Positions 39,065-51,079 of a DNA stretch of 64,000 nucleotides are shown here, piece after piece. Both the position numbers and the translations under genes were made by a program. The DNA is from Nageia nagi (lineage: Eukaryota; Plantae; Pinophyta), in the NCBI GenBank assembly GCA_050084985.1, contig JBITNC010000001.1, forward strand, positions 63,674,001 to 63,738,000, in the 5' to 3' direction. Numbering within the stretch: the stretch's first letter is position 1; the number at the start of each line of letters is the position of its first letter. Under the pieces are notes generated by a model. That model saw only the letters and a program-made list of their open reading frames with translations. It made no database searches and was not told the origin of the DNA.

Positions 39065-40845
39065 ACAAAATGTGGAAAAATACACAAGGCTCTAGAATTG
39101 TTTGATAAGATGCATGATGCAAATTCATAATTTTATGATCTATAATAGTTACAGGATACACATAAAATGGGTTTTCTAAAAAAATACCCTAAGATATATA
39201 TAAAAATATTGAAGAATACACAAGATATGAAAATTATTTTACAAGATGCATGATGCAAACATATTTTTGTGATCTATAATGGTTTCAAGATACTCACAAA
39301 ATGGGTTTTTTGAAAAAGGCCCTAAGACATCTATGCAAAATGTGGAAGAATACATAGGGTCATGGAATTGTTCGAAAATATGCATAATGAAAATATACTT
39401 TCATGGTCTAGAATGGTTGTAGGATAGGCACAAAGTTTTGAGTTTTCTAGAAAAGGTCCTAAGATATGTATGCAAAATGTGGAAAAATACACAAGGCCCA
39501 ATAATTATTTGATAAAATGGATGATGCAAACATAATTTTATGGTTTATAAGGATTAGAAGATATACACAAAATGGGTTTTATAAAAAATTCCCTAAGACA
39601 TGTATGAAAAATATGGAAGAATACACAAGGTTCGAGAATTTTTTGAGATACATGATGCAAACATAGTTTCATGGTCTACAATGGTCGTAGGATAGGCACA
39701 AAATAGATTTTAGCAAAAAAAAACTAAGATATTATGCAAAATGTGTAAGAATACATAAGGCCCAATAATTATTTCAAAAGATGCATGATGCAAATTCACA
39801 TTTTCATGATCTGCAATGGTTGCAAGATATGTATAAAATGAGTTTTCTAAAAAATTTCCTAAGATATATATGCAAAATATGGAATAATACACAAGGCATA
39901 ATAATTATTTTAAAATATACATGATGCAAACATAGTTTCATGCTTTGTAATGATTGTAGGAATTATTTGAGAAGATGCATGATGTAAACAAAGTTTCATC
40001 GTTTGCAATGATTACAAAATACACATAAAATGGGTTTCCTAAAAACTGGCCTAAGACATGTATGCAAAATAGTCTACAATGGTTTCAAGATAGGCACAAA
40101 ATAGATTTTACAAAGAAAAAAACTTAATATATGTATGAAAAATATGGAAGAATACACAAGGCATGAGAATTGTTTCAAAAGATGCATGATGCAAATTCAC
40201 AATTTCATGACCTACAATGGTTGTTAGATACACACAAAATGAGTTTTCTAAAAATGGCCCTAATATATGTATACAAAATATGGAAGAAAACATAAGGACC
40301 ATGAATTATTTTAAAATATGCTTGATGCAAACATAGTTTTATGGTCTACAATGATTACAATTTACACATAAAATGGATTTTCTAAAAAATGCCCTAAGAC
40401 ATGTATGCGAAATGTGTAAGAAATAGAAAAGTTCTAAGAATTATTTGACAAGATACATGATGCAAACATGTTTTTATGGTCTATAATAATTATAAGATAT
40501 ACATAACATAGGTTTTCTGAAAAAGACCCTAATACATGTATGCAAAAGGGGAAGAATATATAAGGCTCGATAATTATTTGATAAGATGCAGGATGCAAAC
40601 ATAATTTTATGGTTTACAGTGATTGTAGTATATACATAAAATGGATTTTCTACAAAATTCCCTATGACATGTATACAAAATGTGGAAGCATACACAAGGC
40701 CCAAAAATTATTTGACAAGATGCATGATGTTTCATGGTACGTAATGATTGTAGTATATACTCAAAATGGGTTTTCTAGAAATGCCTTAAGAGATATATGT
40801 AAAAGGAAAAAGAATACAAGGAAATATGGAAGAATACATGCTTGC
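39063..40845 (+). repeat. ~134-bp tandem array (~14 units) derived from PLS-PPR coding sequence
   Basis: The consensus translates as DMYAKCGRIHKAxELFDKMHDANIVSWSTMIxGYTQNGFSKKAL. CCTAAGA-type junctions lie at ~39191, 39324, 39461, 39595, 39726, 39861, 40053, 40126, 40262, 40396, 40531, 40664 and 40788. Confidence 0.92.
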
Positions 40846-42199
40846 ATTGGTGTCTCTTCTCATATTGCCTTTCCTCTCCTTTTCTCCATGCCCTCACTCC
40901 AAATTATAAACCAAATACCACACCTCAATTATCCTCTACCCCCTCACCACACCAAACTTGAAAAACTCAAACACCCTAAAACTTTTCAAGTTGCCCACCT
41001 TTCCCCTCATACATGATTATTTTTTATTTTTTTTGGTTGATATAAATTGGTGGTTTATAGCTGCCTCCCCATGATTTTTAAGGGCAAACATAAACCACCC
41101 CAAAAAACCTCCTGTATAATTTAATTGCTCCTTTCATGCTTGTACCTTTCCATTTATTTTTCATCTTTTTTGAGGGTAGGTTTTGAGGGGTGATTTTAAA
41201 TGACCTCATAATGATTTACATGGAGGAATTAAAATCACCTTCATTACCCATTCATTTCTTCCCCTCCAAACCTTTCCATTTGTTTTTTATCTTTTTTAGA
41301 GCAGTTTTTGAGGAACAATGCTTAATCACCTCCTAATTATTTTATAAGGCTTTTTTTTAATTCATTGCATAAAAAGCACCATTAAAATCTAATGTGTAGG
41401 TAATTTTAAACCTCCACTACATAATTTCCTTCAATTATCTAGATCTAAAGCTCATTTTTGGTTTAGTGATTGTTAACACTACCATACCATGAAAGCAGAA
41501 GAAACTTTGTGAGTTATCCCTACAAATATAGAAAAACTACTTAAATAAAATTTTCTAATCACCTTGTTTATGCCACCCTCATGGAAAAGACATCACCACC
41601 TTGTGAGAGAGCTCTAAATTGTACCTTTGAATTGAATTTGTACCTGATAGGCCTATAGATCACTTCCATGCATCCTCCCTATCTAGCTATCATACTCCAA
41701 GTTCTAATCACATGCTATGTGGGAGCTTAAGGATATGTTACCTCTATGGTTAATTATCGTATCAACCATTGATTCCCCCTCCTTTTTCTTTCTACCATTA
41801 TGACATGAAGAACAAAAGGCAAAGTCACTTCCTCCATCCTAAGTCTCTAGAACACCATGAAGGAAATTCCACTTCGATAGATAGGCTCTAATTTTCTCCA
41901 TGAATCCTTGACTTTCCAAGTGAACCCCACTTAATCCCAACAAAATCCAAACTCTGAGTGTTTCAAGAAACCTTTATTCCTAAATAAATCTCATCCACTC
42001 AATAAGTATATCAATTTAAATTTAACAAGTAATTCAAAAGGACTTCTCACCTTCATCACCCATGCTAAAATCAATCTTTGTTAAAGGCTTCCCCCTAGGG
42101 ATTTGATTTAAAAACCTTCTATCTTTCTAGTATCAAATTAGGGATCATCATTTCATGCTAGAATTTGACAATTATCAAGGAATTCCTCTTCACAAAATT

Positions 42200-43906
42200 T
42201 CAAGGTTGAATCTTATTGCCTCCTCTATTATCCTATCTATCACTAGATTCACTTCTCTTTAATTTTGTTGAATGGTTGTATTTTCCATATCATTTTATAT
42301 TTTTTAGATTCTCTGATCTTGTTGGAGTGCTCTTTAGCATGTTGATAATGTTGAGTGAATATCCTATTAGCATTAGTTTTATGCACCTTAGCTTCTATAA
42401 GAATGTTAAATAAATGAAATTTGCCTTGGCCTTCACAAAATGACTCATTTGGTGACCCATGGATTTTTCTATAATCAAAACCACCTTTTCCAAGTGGTAT
42501 TTGAATATTCCACTTGCTCCAATGGGCCCCATATTTTCTTTTTAATACCCATAAAAATTTAGTTTTAATAAACTATAAGGGGTATTAATCCACTTAGCTT
42601 CCTATCTTAGATGCAATTTCAATGGGTCATTTTTTCTCAACATCCACTAATTCTTTAAAATAATATATGTTCACTTGCTCTCCTAAACCTATTTAAACTT
42701 AACATCTATATATTCATTTACAAAGTTAGCTATCTAAAAATCCACCCTAGAAGCTTGAATATCTTTGAAGATTTGATGATTTCTCTCCTTCTAAACTCTC
42801 CATAAAATATGGAGAAGATTGAAATCCCAAAGCTTATGAATATGCTTAATCTTAAATGGAATCTGCCATCAAAGTTAAAAATTTCAAAGACTATTTGGGA
42901 TTACCTAATTAACTTGAAATAGCTCAAAAAATGTATGAAAAATATTTGGTAAAATGACACTGAACCAAGAGGTTATCTATAGATTCCTCACTCTTCTTGC
43001 ATAACATACATTTTCTTAGGAGGTTAAAAACTCTCTTCTTAATATTATTAATAGTATGAATTCTATTTTGGATTTCTAACCATGTAAATAAGGCAATATT
43101 AGGGACTAAATCTTTCACCCATGTAGATTTGAAAGATCCCATTTACATCCCCTTCTTCCAAGGGTAAATACCTTGACTTCATTAAGTACACCCCTTCTTT
43201 TTGGTTCATCCAAATAAAGGAGTCCTCTCCTAGACAAATGTTAATGTAATCCCCTACCTTCTCATCAAAATTTTCTACCACCCTCCTTGTCAAAGGTTCA
43301 AAGTCTTAATGCTCCTTAAGGGGTTTATCAAATAACAAAACATCATCCTGAAAAATGACTAAAGATCAATCTCCAATAATCCAACATCAATTTATCTTAA
43401 GAAAGTACTTTGTAAGCTTAATTTTATTCCATAAGGTTTATGTCATCCTTAGAGTATCATGCTCTAGAAAAGACTTTCCTTGGAGATACTTGGCTTGGAT
43501 AATGTTAACCCAAAGAGTATGTTTAGATTTTACCACCTTCCATCCCTATTTCCACATTAAAGTTAATTTATCTTTGGAAAATTACAAATTTCTAAACCCC
43601 GAAATTGCTTTTGTTTAGACAATTTCTTCTAAGATACAAGGGGTACTCTTTTTTTCTCTTCCATTAGTCTTATCCAATGGAATTTCCTTTAAATTTTATC
43701 CAATTTGTAATTAACTGAGGTTGTCATTTTCAAGATCAACATGAAGTAGATTAGTGGGCTCTCAAGGGTTTATTTAACAAGATGAGACTTACCTATTTGT
43801 CTTTAAAAAAAACCTTTCCACCCTATCAATTTCCTTGAAAATATTTCTATCACTAGATTCCACATGGATTCTTTCATATTGTCTTTAAATAAAGGCATAC
43901 TAAGAG
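42200..43906 (-). mobile_element. LINE 2 ORF2 3' part (post-RT, zf-RVT, RNase H)
   Basis: MPLFK..MWNLVIEIFSRKLIGWKG, FTWLEIQNRIHTINNIKKR..CMLCKKSEESIDNLLVQC, and RNase H-like WINTPYSLLKLNFYGY*KENMGPIGASG and REVNLVID. Confidence 0.85.
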
Positions 43907-43911
43907 AGGTG

Positions 43912-45670
43912 TGATGACCTCTAGTATTTTTATTATTGTCAAAGGAGATTCTTGGCCTAACTTGATATTATTATCAATGAAACAAATAAGTCACAATGCC
44001 AGAGTGATGATTTGAGCTTATACAAAAAATAGAGGATTTATGTAAAGTAGTAAGGCCTTATGTGGAGAAGAATGAGCTTGTGTAGAGAACAAAGAGCCTA
44101 AGAGGAGTATTAATGCCTTATGCAAAGAATAAAGAGCCTATGTGAAGAAGAATGAGCTTGTGTGGATAAAAAATAGCCTATATGGAGTAGAAATGCCTTA
44201 TTTAGAGAAGAAAGAGCCTATGCATAGAAGAACAAGCTTGTTTAAACAACAAAGAGTCTATACGGAGTAGCAATGCCTTATGTAGAGAAGAAAGAGCCTA
44301 TGTAGGTAACAAAGAGATTTTATGAACAAGCTTAGGCTTATACAAAAACTTTATATAGTTAAACAAGGGCTTATATGGTCAGAAAAGACCTTATATGGAG
44401 ATATAAAGCCTTATGTAGAGATATAAAGCTTTATGTAGAGATCCGAAGCCTTTTGCAGAGAAGTGGATAAACTATGGGCATATATACCACTTATTTGATG
44501 ATCAAAAATGTTACTAAGTATAATTTGGCTATATATTCAAGCCTATAGTTATAAAAATGGTTGTAAAATTCTCATTTCTTGACTAAAAGTGGTCATATGA
44601 ACACTCAATTTGCATCTACAAGAAATAATCTATCCAATGGTGGAGATTTTATTTCATTTGGACACCTATAGCAAAATTTATATCAGCTACAATATATAAG
44701 ATTCTCTTATGTTAAATAATTTTTATAACTAAAAGTGAAGGGATTGTAACTATATGATCATCTTGAGTAGTTTTATTGATCAATAATAGTTATTGGACAA
44801 GATAGAAAATGGAATTTAGTGTATCATAATAAAAGAACAAGATATAGGTGATTATTTATGGAGAATAATTGAAAAGGATGGTTAAGGATAGTTATAGAAT
44901 AGAACAATCGAACAAATTTTTTTTTATGCTAGTAATGTAAAAGAACATGAAGGATAATATTATGTGATGTTACAGAGGGGAGATAGTGTGAAAGGATTTT
45001 CTAAAGGCATAATGAGGTGAAAGAAGTTTATGCTAGTTAATAAGGGTAAAATTGCAGAGATAACAATATATGTAGCATTGGTAATAGTATGGTGAATAAC
45101 TTTCTCTTGAGACAAAAAGGAGATTACAAGTGCTAAATAGTTTTAAATTGCAATGAGAGTAGTATTTTTGCTATGAGAAGTGATTGTAATAATTATATAG
45201 AGATAACCAAGAGTGAATTTTGATGAGCTAGGACATTGAGGGTCTTTTGAGATAGGTTTGACAACTTTTATCAAAATCACTATTTCATTTCTTTATCAAG
45301 TTGGTGCTTTGGAAGAGGGCTTGGTGTTCATTATAGTGGGTGCTACAAAACATAGGGGTTGGTGCTCCTTTTAGTTGTAGTAGATAAATTGCAAGGGTTG
45401 GTGCTCCTTCCAACTGGTGTTGGTAAACTAAGTATAAAGTTGGTGTTTTGTAATGGTTGGGTTTGAACCATGATATAAGCAGCCTTATCTGGGGATGTAA
45501 CCATATTGGTAAACCTTGTTACATCTTATGTTGTATGATGTTTTCTTATGGTGCTTGCTTTACTTTATTTTATGTTTGCACTATTTTATTTTAAGTGGAT
45601 AAGTTAAAATTTGAAGCTTGATTTTATCACACTTATTCACCCCCCTCTCAATGCCACTTAGAGTTTAATA
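43912..45670 (+). repeat. 5' LTR, containing a ~19-20-bp motif array at 44040-44460
   Basis: Colinear with 51080-52933; starts TGATGACCTCTAGTAT and ends TTTAATA. Confidence 0.93.
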
Positions 45671-45672
45671 AT

Positions 45673-45684
45673 TGGTATTAGAGT
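45673..45684 (+). promoter_or_regulatory. Primer-binding site (tRNA-iMet)
   Basis: TGGTATTAGAGT, a C>T-decayed TGGTATCAGAGC, 2 nt after the LTR. Confidence 0.85.
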
Positions 45685-45739
45685 TATGTTAATTTATCAG
45701 GTCTAATTATCTAAGAGTGATCCACAGAGTGACACTATA

Positions 45740-48700
45740 AAAAGTGGATAAGGTTTTTCATCCAATAAAGAACATTTGTTCGATGGAACTAACTATGCCT
45801 TCTACTCCTCCAACTAATGCACCGAGTAAGAAACTCTGTGAGAATGATTCTGAATACAAGAATGCAATTATGTGTGGATTAGTTGATTGTGAGCTAGTAA
45901 AGATAAATTATGGGATGTAGAACTACCAAAGAAATATGGGATAAGTTAAAAACCATCCATGAGTGTGATGATAAGATGAAGGAGGCTAATTTGTAGACCT
46001 TTAGAGCTTAGTTTGAAGGATTAAGGATGAATGATCAATAAGATATTGTAGCCTATATGCTTAGAGTTAATGAGATTATCAATTCCATTATAGGGTTAGG
46101 AGAGTAGATTAAGGATGTTGTGATTATCAAGAAAATCTTAAGATCCTTGCCATCTAGATTCGATGCTAAAGTATCAACTATTGAAGAAGCAAAGGATTTG
46201 AATGCTTTTTCTTTAGATTAGATGTATGGGTCACTAATTGCTCATGAAATGAGGATTGGAAAGGTCAAATCTAGTGATAAGGAAGTTATTTTAAAAGCTT
46301 CTAAGAGTTCCAAATCCAAAGAAGATTCATATGAAGATATATTATATCTTGAAGAATCTAACTTTGTTAGGATACTCAAAAGAGGATAGGGTAAATATAA
46401 AGGTAAGCTACCTTTAAAATGTTTCAATTGTGGTGGTATTAGTCATTTTTCCAATAAATGTTTGTACAAAGAAAAGAATGGTAATAATGATTACATAAGA
46501 AAGTCAAGAGGCAATAGTAGTAGAAATAACTTAGATAGAACTTTTAGAAAAGAGAATCACAATAAAAGAATTTTCATCTCCAAAGAAAGTGAAGATGAAT
46601 CTATTGATAGATCAAATAATGGATCTTAAGATAAGCATAACAAATCCCTATTTATGACTTTCAAAGTTAATAATAAGGAAGATGAAGTTTTTGAAAACTC
46701 TAATAGTGATGAATAAGAAGCTATTATTGATCTTGAACAAGAGCTTATGCCTGCTTTAGATGATCTTGATAATGAAAGAAGAAAGTTCAAAAATTAACCA
46801 AAAAATTAAATGAATCCAATGATAAAATTGATGAAATGAAAGCTTTGCAAGAAGAATTCAAAGTAACAGAAGAAGCCTTACAACTCCAATTGAATGATAG
46901 AATAGATGTTTTTCACAATTGAGGAAATCATTACTTTAAGATAAGAGATTGAAATATTATCTCTACAAGCCAAGATGAGTCTTAATTTTTCTCAAAGCTC
47001 AAAGCAATTTGATCAAATGTTGAGAGCTCAAAGACATCCAACAATAAATTTTGGTCTAGGATTGGAACCAGTAGAAAACTCAAGTGCAACTAAAAATGAA
47101 ACCCCAATACTGAGTCAAATGAAACTCAATTTGATAGTAAAAAGAAAAAGGAAGTAAACAATAATCAATCCAAAGATAGCAAAAAGCCATTAGTGATGGT
47201 TTTATCAAAGCTGAAAAGAAATCATGGAGAATGCCAAGATGGAAAAAAAATAAAGCTCACCAACAAAATAGGTTTCTCAATTCTTATCCTAATTATGATA
47301 ATTAATTTTATGGCTATTGTTATAAATGCAATTATTTTGGTTATAAGATGGCATTTTGTAGAATTAATGCTCATCCAATAACCTTCATGCATAGAAATAG
47401 TTTCACTCCTTTGGAATATTTCACTATGGAATGATATAAATGTCACAATTATGGATACACAACAAAATTTTGTAGAAGTAAGTCAACCAATTCATCCAAG
47501 CGGAATTAGAAAAATTCTAAAATAATTGATCCCAATATCAAAGTAAATAATATTACAGCCATTAGAGTTTGGAAAAAGAAATATGATAATGCAACTAAAT
47601 CATTGATTTTTCAAGTAGCTCTTAAAGTCTAGAATAAGCTAAGATCTTGGATTATTAATAGTGGTTGTACAAAGCATATGAATGAGGATAAACAAATCTT
47701 TATGAATCTACAACAATATGAGGGAGGATAAATCAAATTTGGAAATAATGATGGTGCCAAAATAGTTATCGAAGGAACTGTGAAAATAGAAAATGGAAAA
47801 TGGAAAGATGAAGTCTGTAGAAGTACTACTTTTTATTAGTTTGACACATAACATATTGAGTGTTAGCCAAATATATGACAAAGGTAATGATGTGACCTTC
47901 AAAATATATGGGTGTGAAATAAGGAGATCAAAAAGTGGATGACTTATAGTAATTGGAATAAGGACAACAAATAACATGTACACACTAACTGAAACATTTG
48001 AAGGATCTTGTTTGCTTGGATAACAAGACACTACCTAGTTATGGCATAAAATACTTGGATACATCAATTTTGAAATTTTGAAAAAAATTAGCATAAAGGA
48101 GGCAGTAAGGGATATGCTAAGAATATACAAGCCATCCAATAAGATATGTACTTCATGTCAAAAAGCTAAGCAAACTAAAACCTCCTTCAAGACTAAATAA
48201 TATCATTCTAGCAAACCCCTTAAGTTAGTTCATATTGATTTATGTGGACCTACTAGAACTCAAAGTATATATGGCTATAAATAATTTATGTTATTTATAT
48301 ATTATTACTCAAGAATGATATGGGCATACTTCCTTAAGCATAAATCTAAAGCCTTTGATATGTTTGTGAGTTTCAAGAATATGATTAAAAATTAGACTAG
48401 TAGAAGAATCAAATATCTCAGATCAGATAGAGGAGGAGAATTCATTTCTAAAGAATTTTTTGAATAATATGAGAAACATGGTATCAATATATAATTCTCA
48501 ACTATTAGAATGCCACAACAAAATTGCGTTGTGGAAAGAAAAAATAAAATAATGCAAGAGATGGCTAGAACAATTATGACTAAGAATAAAATAAATGATA
48601 GGTTCTAGAAAGAGGTTGTATACATAGTTGTTCATATTAGAATAGATGTATGCTCATACCATATGAAAATAAAACACCATATGATTTATGGTTTAGAAGA

Positions 48701-50750
48701 AAGTCTACAGTCAAATATTTTAAAATCTTTGGGAGTAAATGCTACATAAGAAATACTAAAGAAAATCTGGCAAGTTTGAACATAGGATTGATGAAGAACT
48801 CTTTCTTGGTTACTCATCCAAAAGCAAATCCTTTCAATGTTATAGTAAGCAATTGGGAAGAATTATGGAAAGTGTGAATGTAAAGGTTGATGAAGGAAAT
48901 ATTCAAATTTCAAGCAACAATAATGAATATCCCATATATGAAGAAAAATAAGAGGAGCAATCTCCACCATCCTCACCTAAATCATCACCATCATCCTCAC
49001 CTAGATCATCACTATCAATTTCTCCAAAAACATCACCACAAATATCACCTAAAGGATCACCATAAGCAACACCTAAATCATCACCATGAAGCTCACCAAA
49101 AGCCTCCAACAAATGTTGTCAATTAAATCATCCAAGCCAACAACTCATTAAAAATCTTAATATGGGAATTCAAACAAGAAAAATATTGTCCAAACTTAAG
49201 AACATATAAATTATGCTCTTTTATCTCATTTTGAACCCAAGAATATTGCAGAAGTAGCTAAAGATAAAAAATGGGTAAACTCAATGTAAGATGAGCTAAA
49301 TCATATTGAGAAGAATAAGACATGAGAGCTTGTCTGTAGACCTACAAATAAGAATGTCATTAGTACTAAGTAGGTATTCAAGAATAAATTGAATGAATAA
49401 GGTAAGGTTGTAATAAATAAGGTAAGATTAGTATGTAAAGGCTATGCATAGATTGAAGCTATTGACTTTAAAGAAACCTTTGCTCCTATAGCTAGATTAG
49501 AAGCTATTAGAATCTTTCTTTCTCTAACTATTTTCAAGAATTTTAAAGTATATCAAATGGATGTTAAATCAGCATTTCCCAATGGAAAGTTAGAAGAGGA
49601 AGTATTTATTGAGCAGCCAAATGGCTTTTAGCTAGGAGATTATCCAAATCTGGGCTGTAGATGCAATAAAGCTTTATATGGCCTAAAACAAGCACCTAGC
49701 GCATGGTATGCAAGGTTGGATAACCATATTCTACAACAAGGGTTTAGGAAAGGTATGGTGGATAGCAACTTGTATGTTAGAACCAAAAATGATAATAAAC
49801 TTATCATTGTTGTATATGTAGATGATATCATATTTGGTGGATGCAAGAATGAAATATACAAAGAATTTTTTGATCAAATGAAAAATGAATTTGAAATATC
49901 TATGGTAAGTGAGTTATCATACTTTCTTGGCTTGCAATTGAATCAATTATATAAGGGCATATTTATATCTCAAATTAAGTATGTGAAGCATATGTTGAAA
50001 AAGTTTAACATGGAAGCACTCCCATGATGACTAGTTGCAAATTGAGTAAAGAAGATAATTCTCCTCCTATTGATCAAACTCTTTATAGATTAATGATTGG
50101 TGGTTTATTATATTTTACTGCATCTAGGTCAAATATATTACAATAAGTATGCATGGTTGCAAGATTTCAAGTATCACCCAAAGAAACACATGTGACAATA
50201 GTAAAATAATTTTTTAGACATCTCAGAGGCACTATGAATTATGGGTTATGGTATCCCAAAGGTAAAAATTTCACTCTCATTGCTTATTCAAATGCAGATT
50301 GAGCAAGATGTGTAGATGATAGAAAGAGTACAAGTGGAGGTGCATTTTTCTGGATAATAATCTTGTATCATGGCATAGTGAAAAGCAATACTCAATATCA
50401 TTATCCATAGCTAAAGCTAAATACATTGCATCAGTCTCATGTTGTCCATAGATTTTATGGATGAAATAAACTATGAAGGATTTAGGAATCAATGTCAGTA
50501 AGCCCATTATTATCATGTGTGATAATACTAGTGCTATCAATATTTCAAAGAATCATGTTATGCATTAAAGAATAAAACATATAACAATCAGGTATCATTT
50601 CTTAAAAGAGAAATTAGAAGAAGGAGAATTCAAGTTAGAGTTTGTGACCATGGTAGAACAAGTAGCTAATATTTTCACCAAGCCATTGACCAAGGAAGCC
50701 TTTAAGTACCTGAGACAAAATTTTGGAGTTGTAACACTTCCCAAATACTA
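45740..50750 (+). pseudogene. gag-pol of the Sirevirus-like element
   Basis: LFDGTNYAF, KEIWDKLK, KKILRSLPSRFDAKVSTIEE, CFNCGGISHFSNKC, extra knuckle CYKCNYFG, protease WIINSGCTKHM, integrase HIDLCGP and [20 protein letters not shown] and VVYVDDIIFG, RNase H DDRKSTSG, CDNTSAI and ANIFTKPL. Confidence 0.93.
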
Positions 50751-51079
50751 AATAATTATTTGATGCACATATACTAAATAATTATTTGATGCACATTCTT
50801 AGGGGGAGCAATTTCTATTTTCTATCTTATGATCCTACCTATTTGTATTTTTCATGGTTCACTTGCTGATAGAAGATGATATAGTGCTTTAAGTATTTCT
50901 GCTTACATGGAGTTATGTTGTTGCTGATAATTTATATTTTAATATGAAAAATTATGCTGATGTGAAATGAAAAACATGTAGTGCCCTCATGATCAAATTC
51001 TACAACTTTTTCATTATTGACAAAAAGGGGGAGAGAAGAACATTACTAGAATTTTGATAACAATGCAAAAGGGGGAGAT

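Noticed and set aside
40609-41016. 135-aa ORF as a functional PPR gene
   Set aside because: Only one satellite unit is in frame; the rest is off-frame or unrelated sequence.
48887-49126. His-rich ORF (and antisense Gly/Asp-rich ORF) as a metal-binding protein
   Set aside because: These are alternative frames of the Ser/Pro linker repeat within copia pol.
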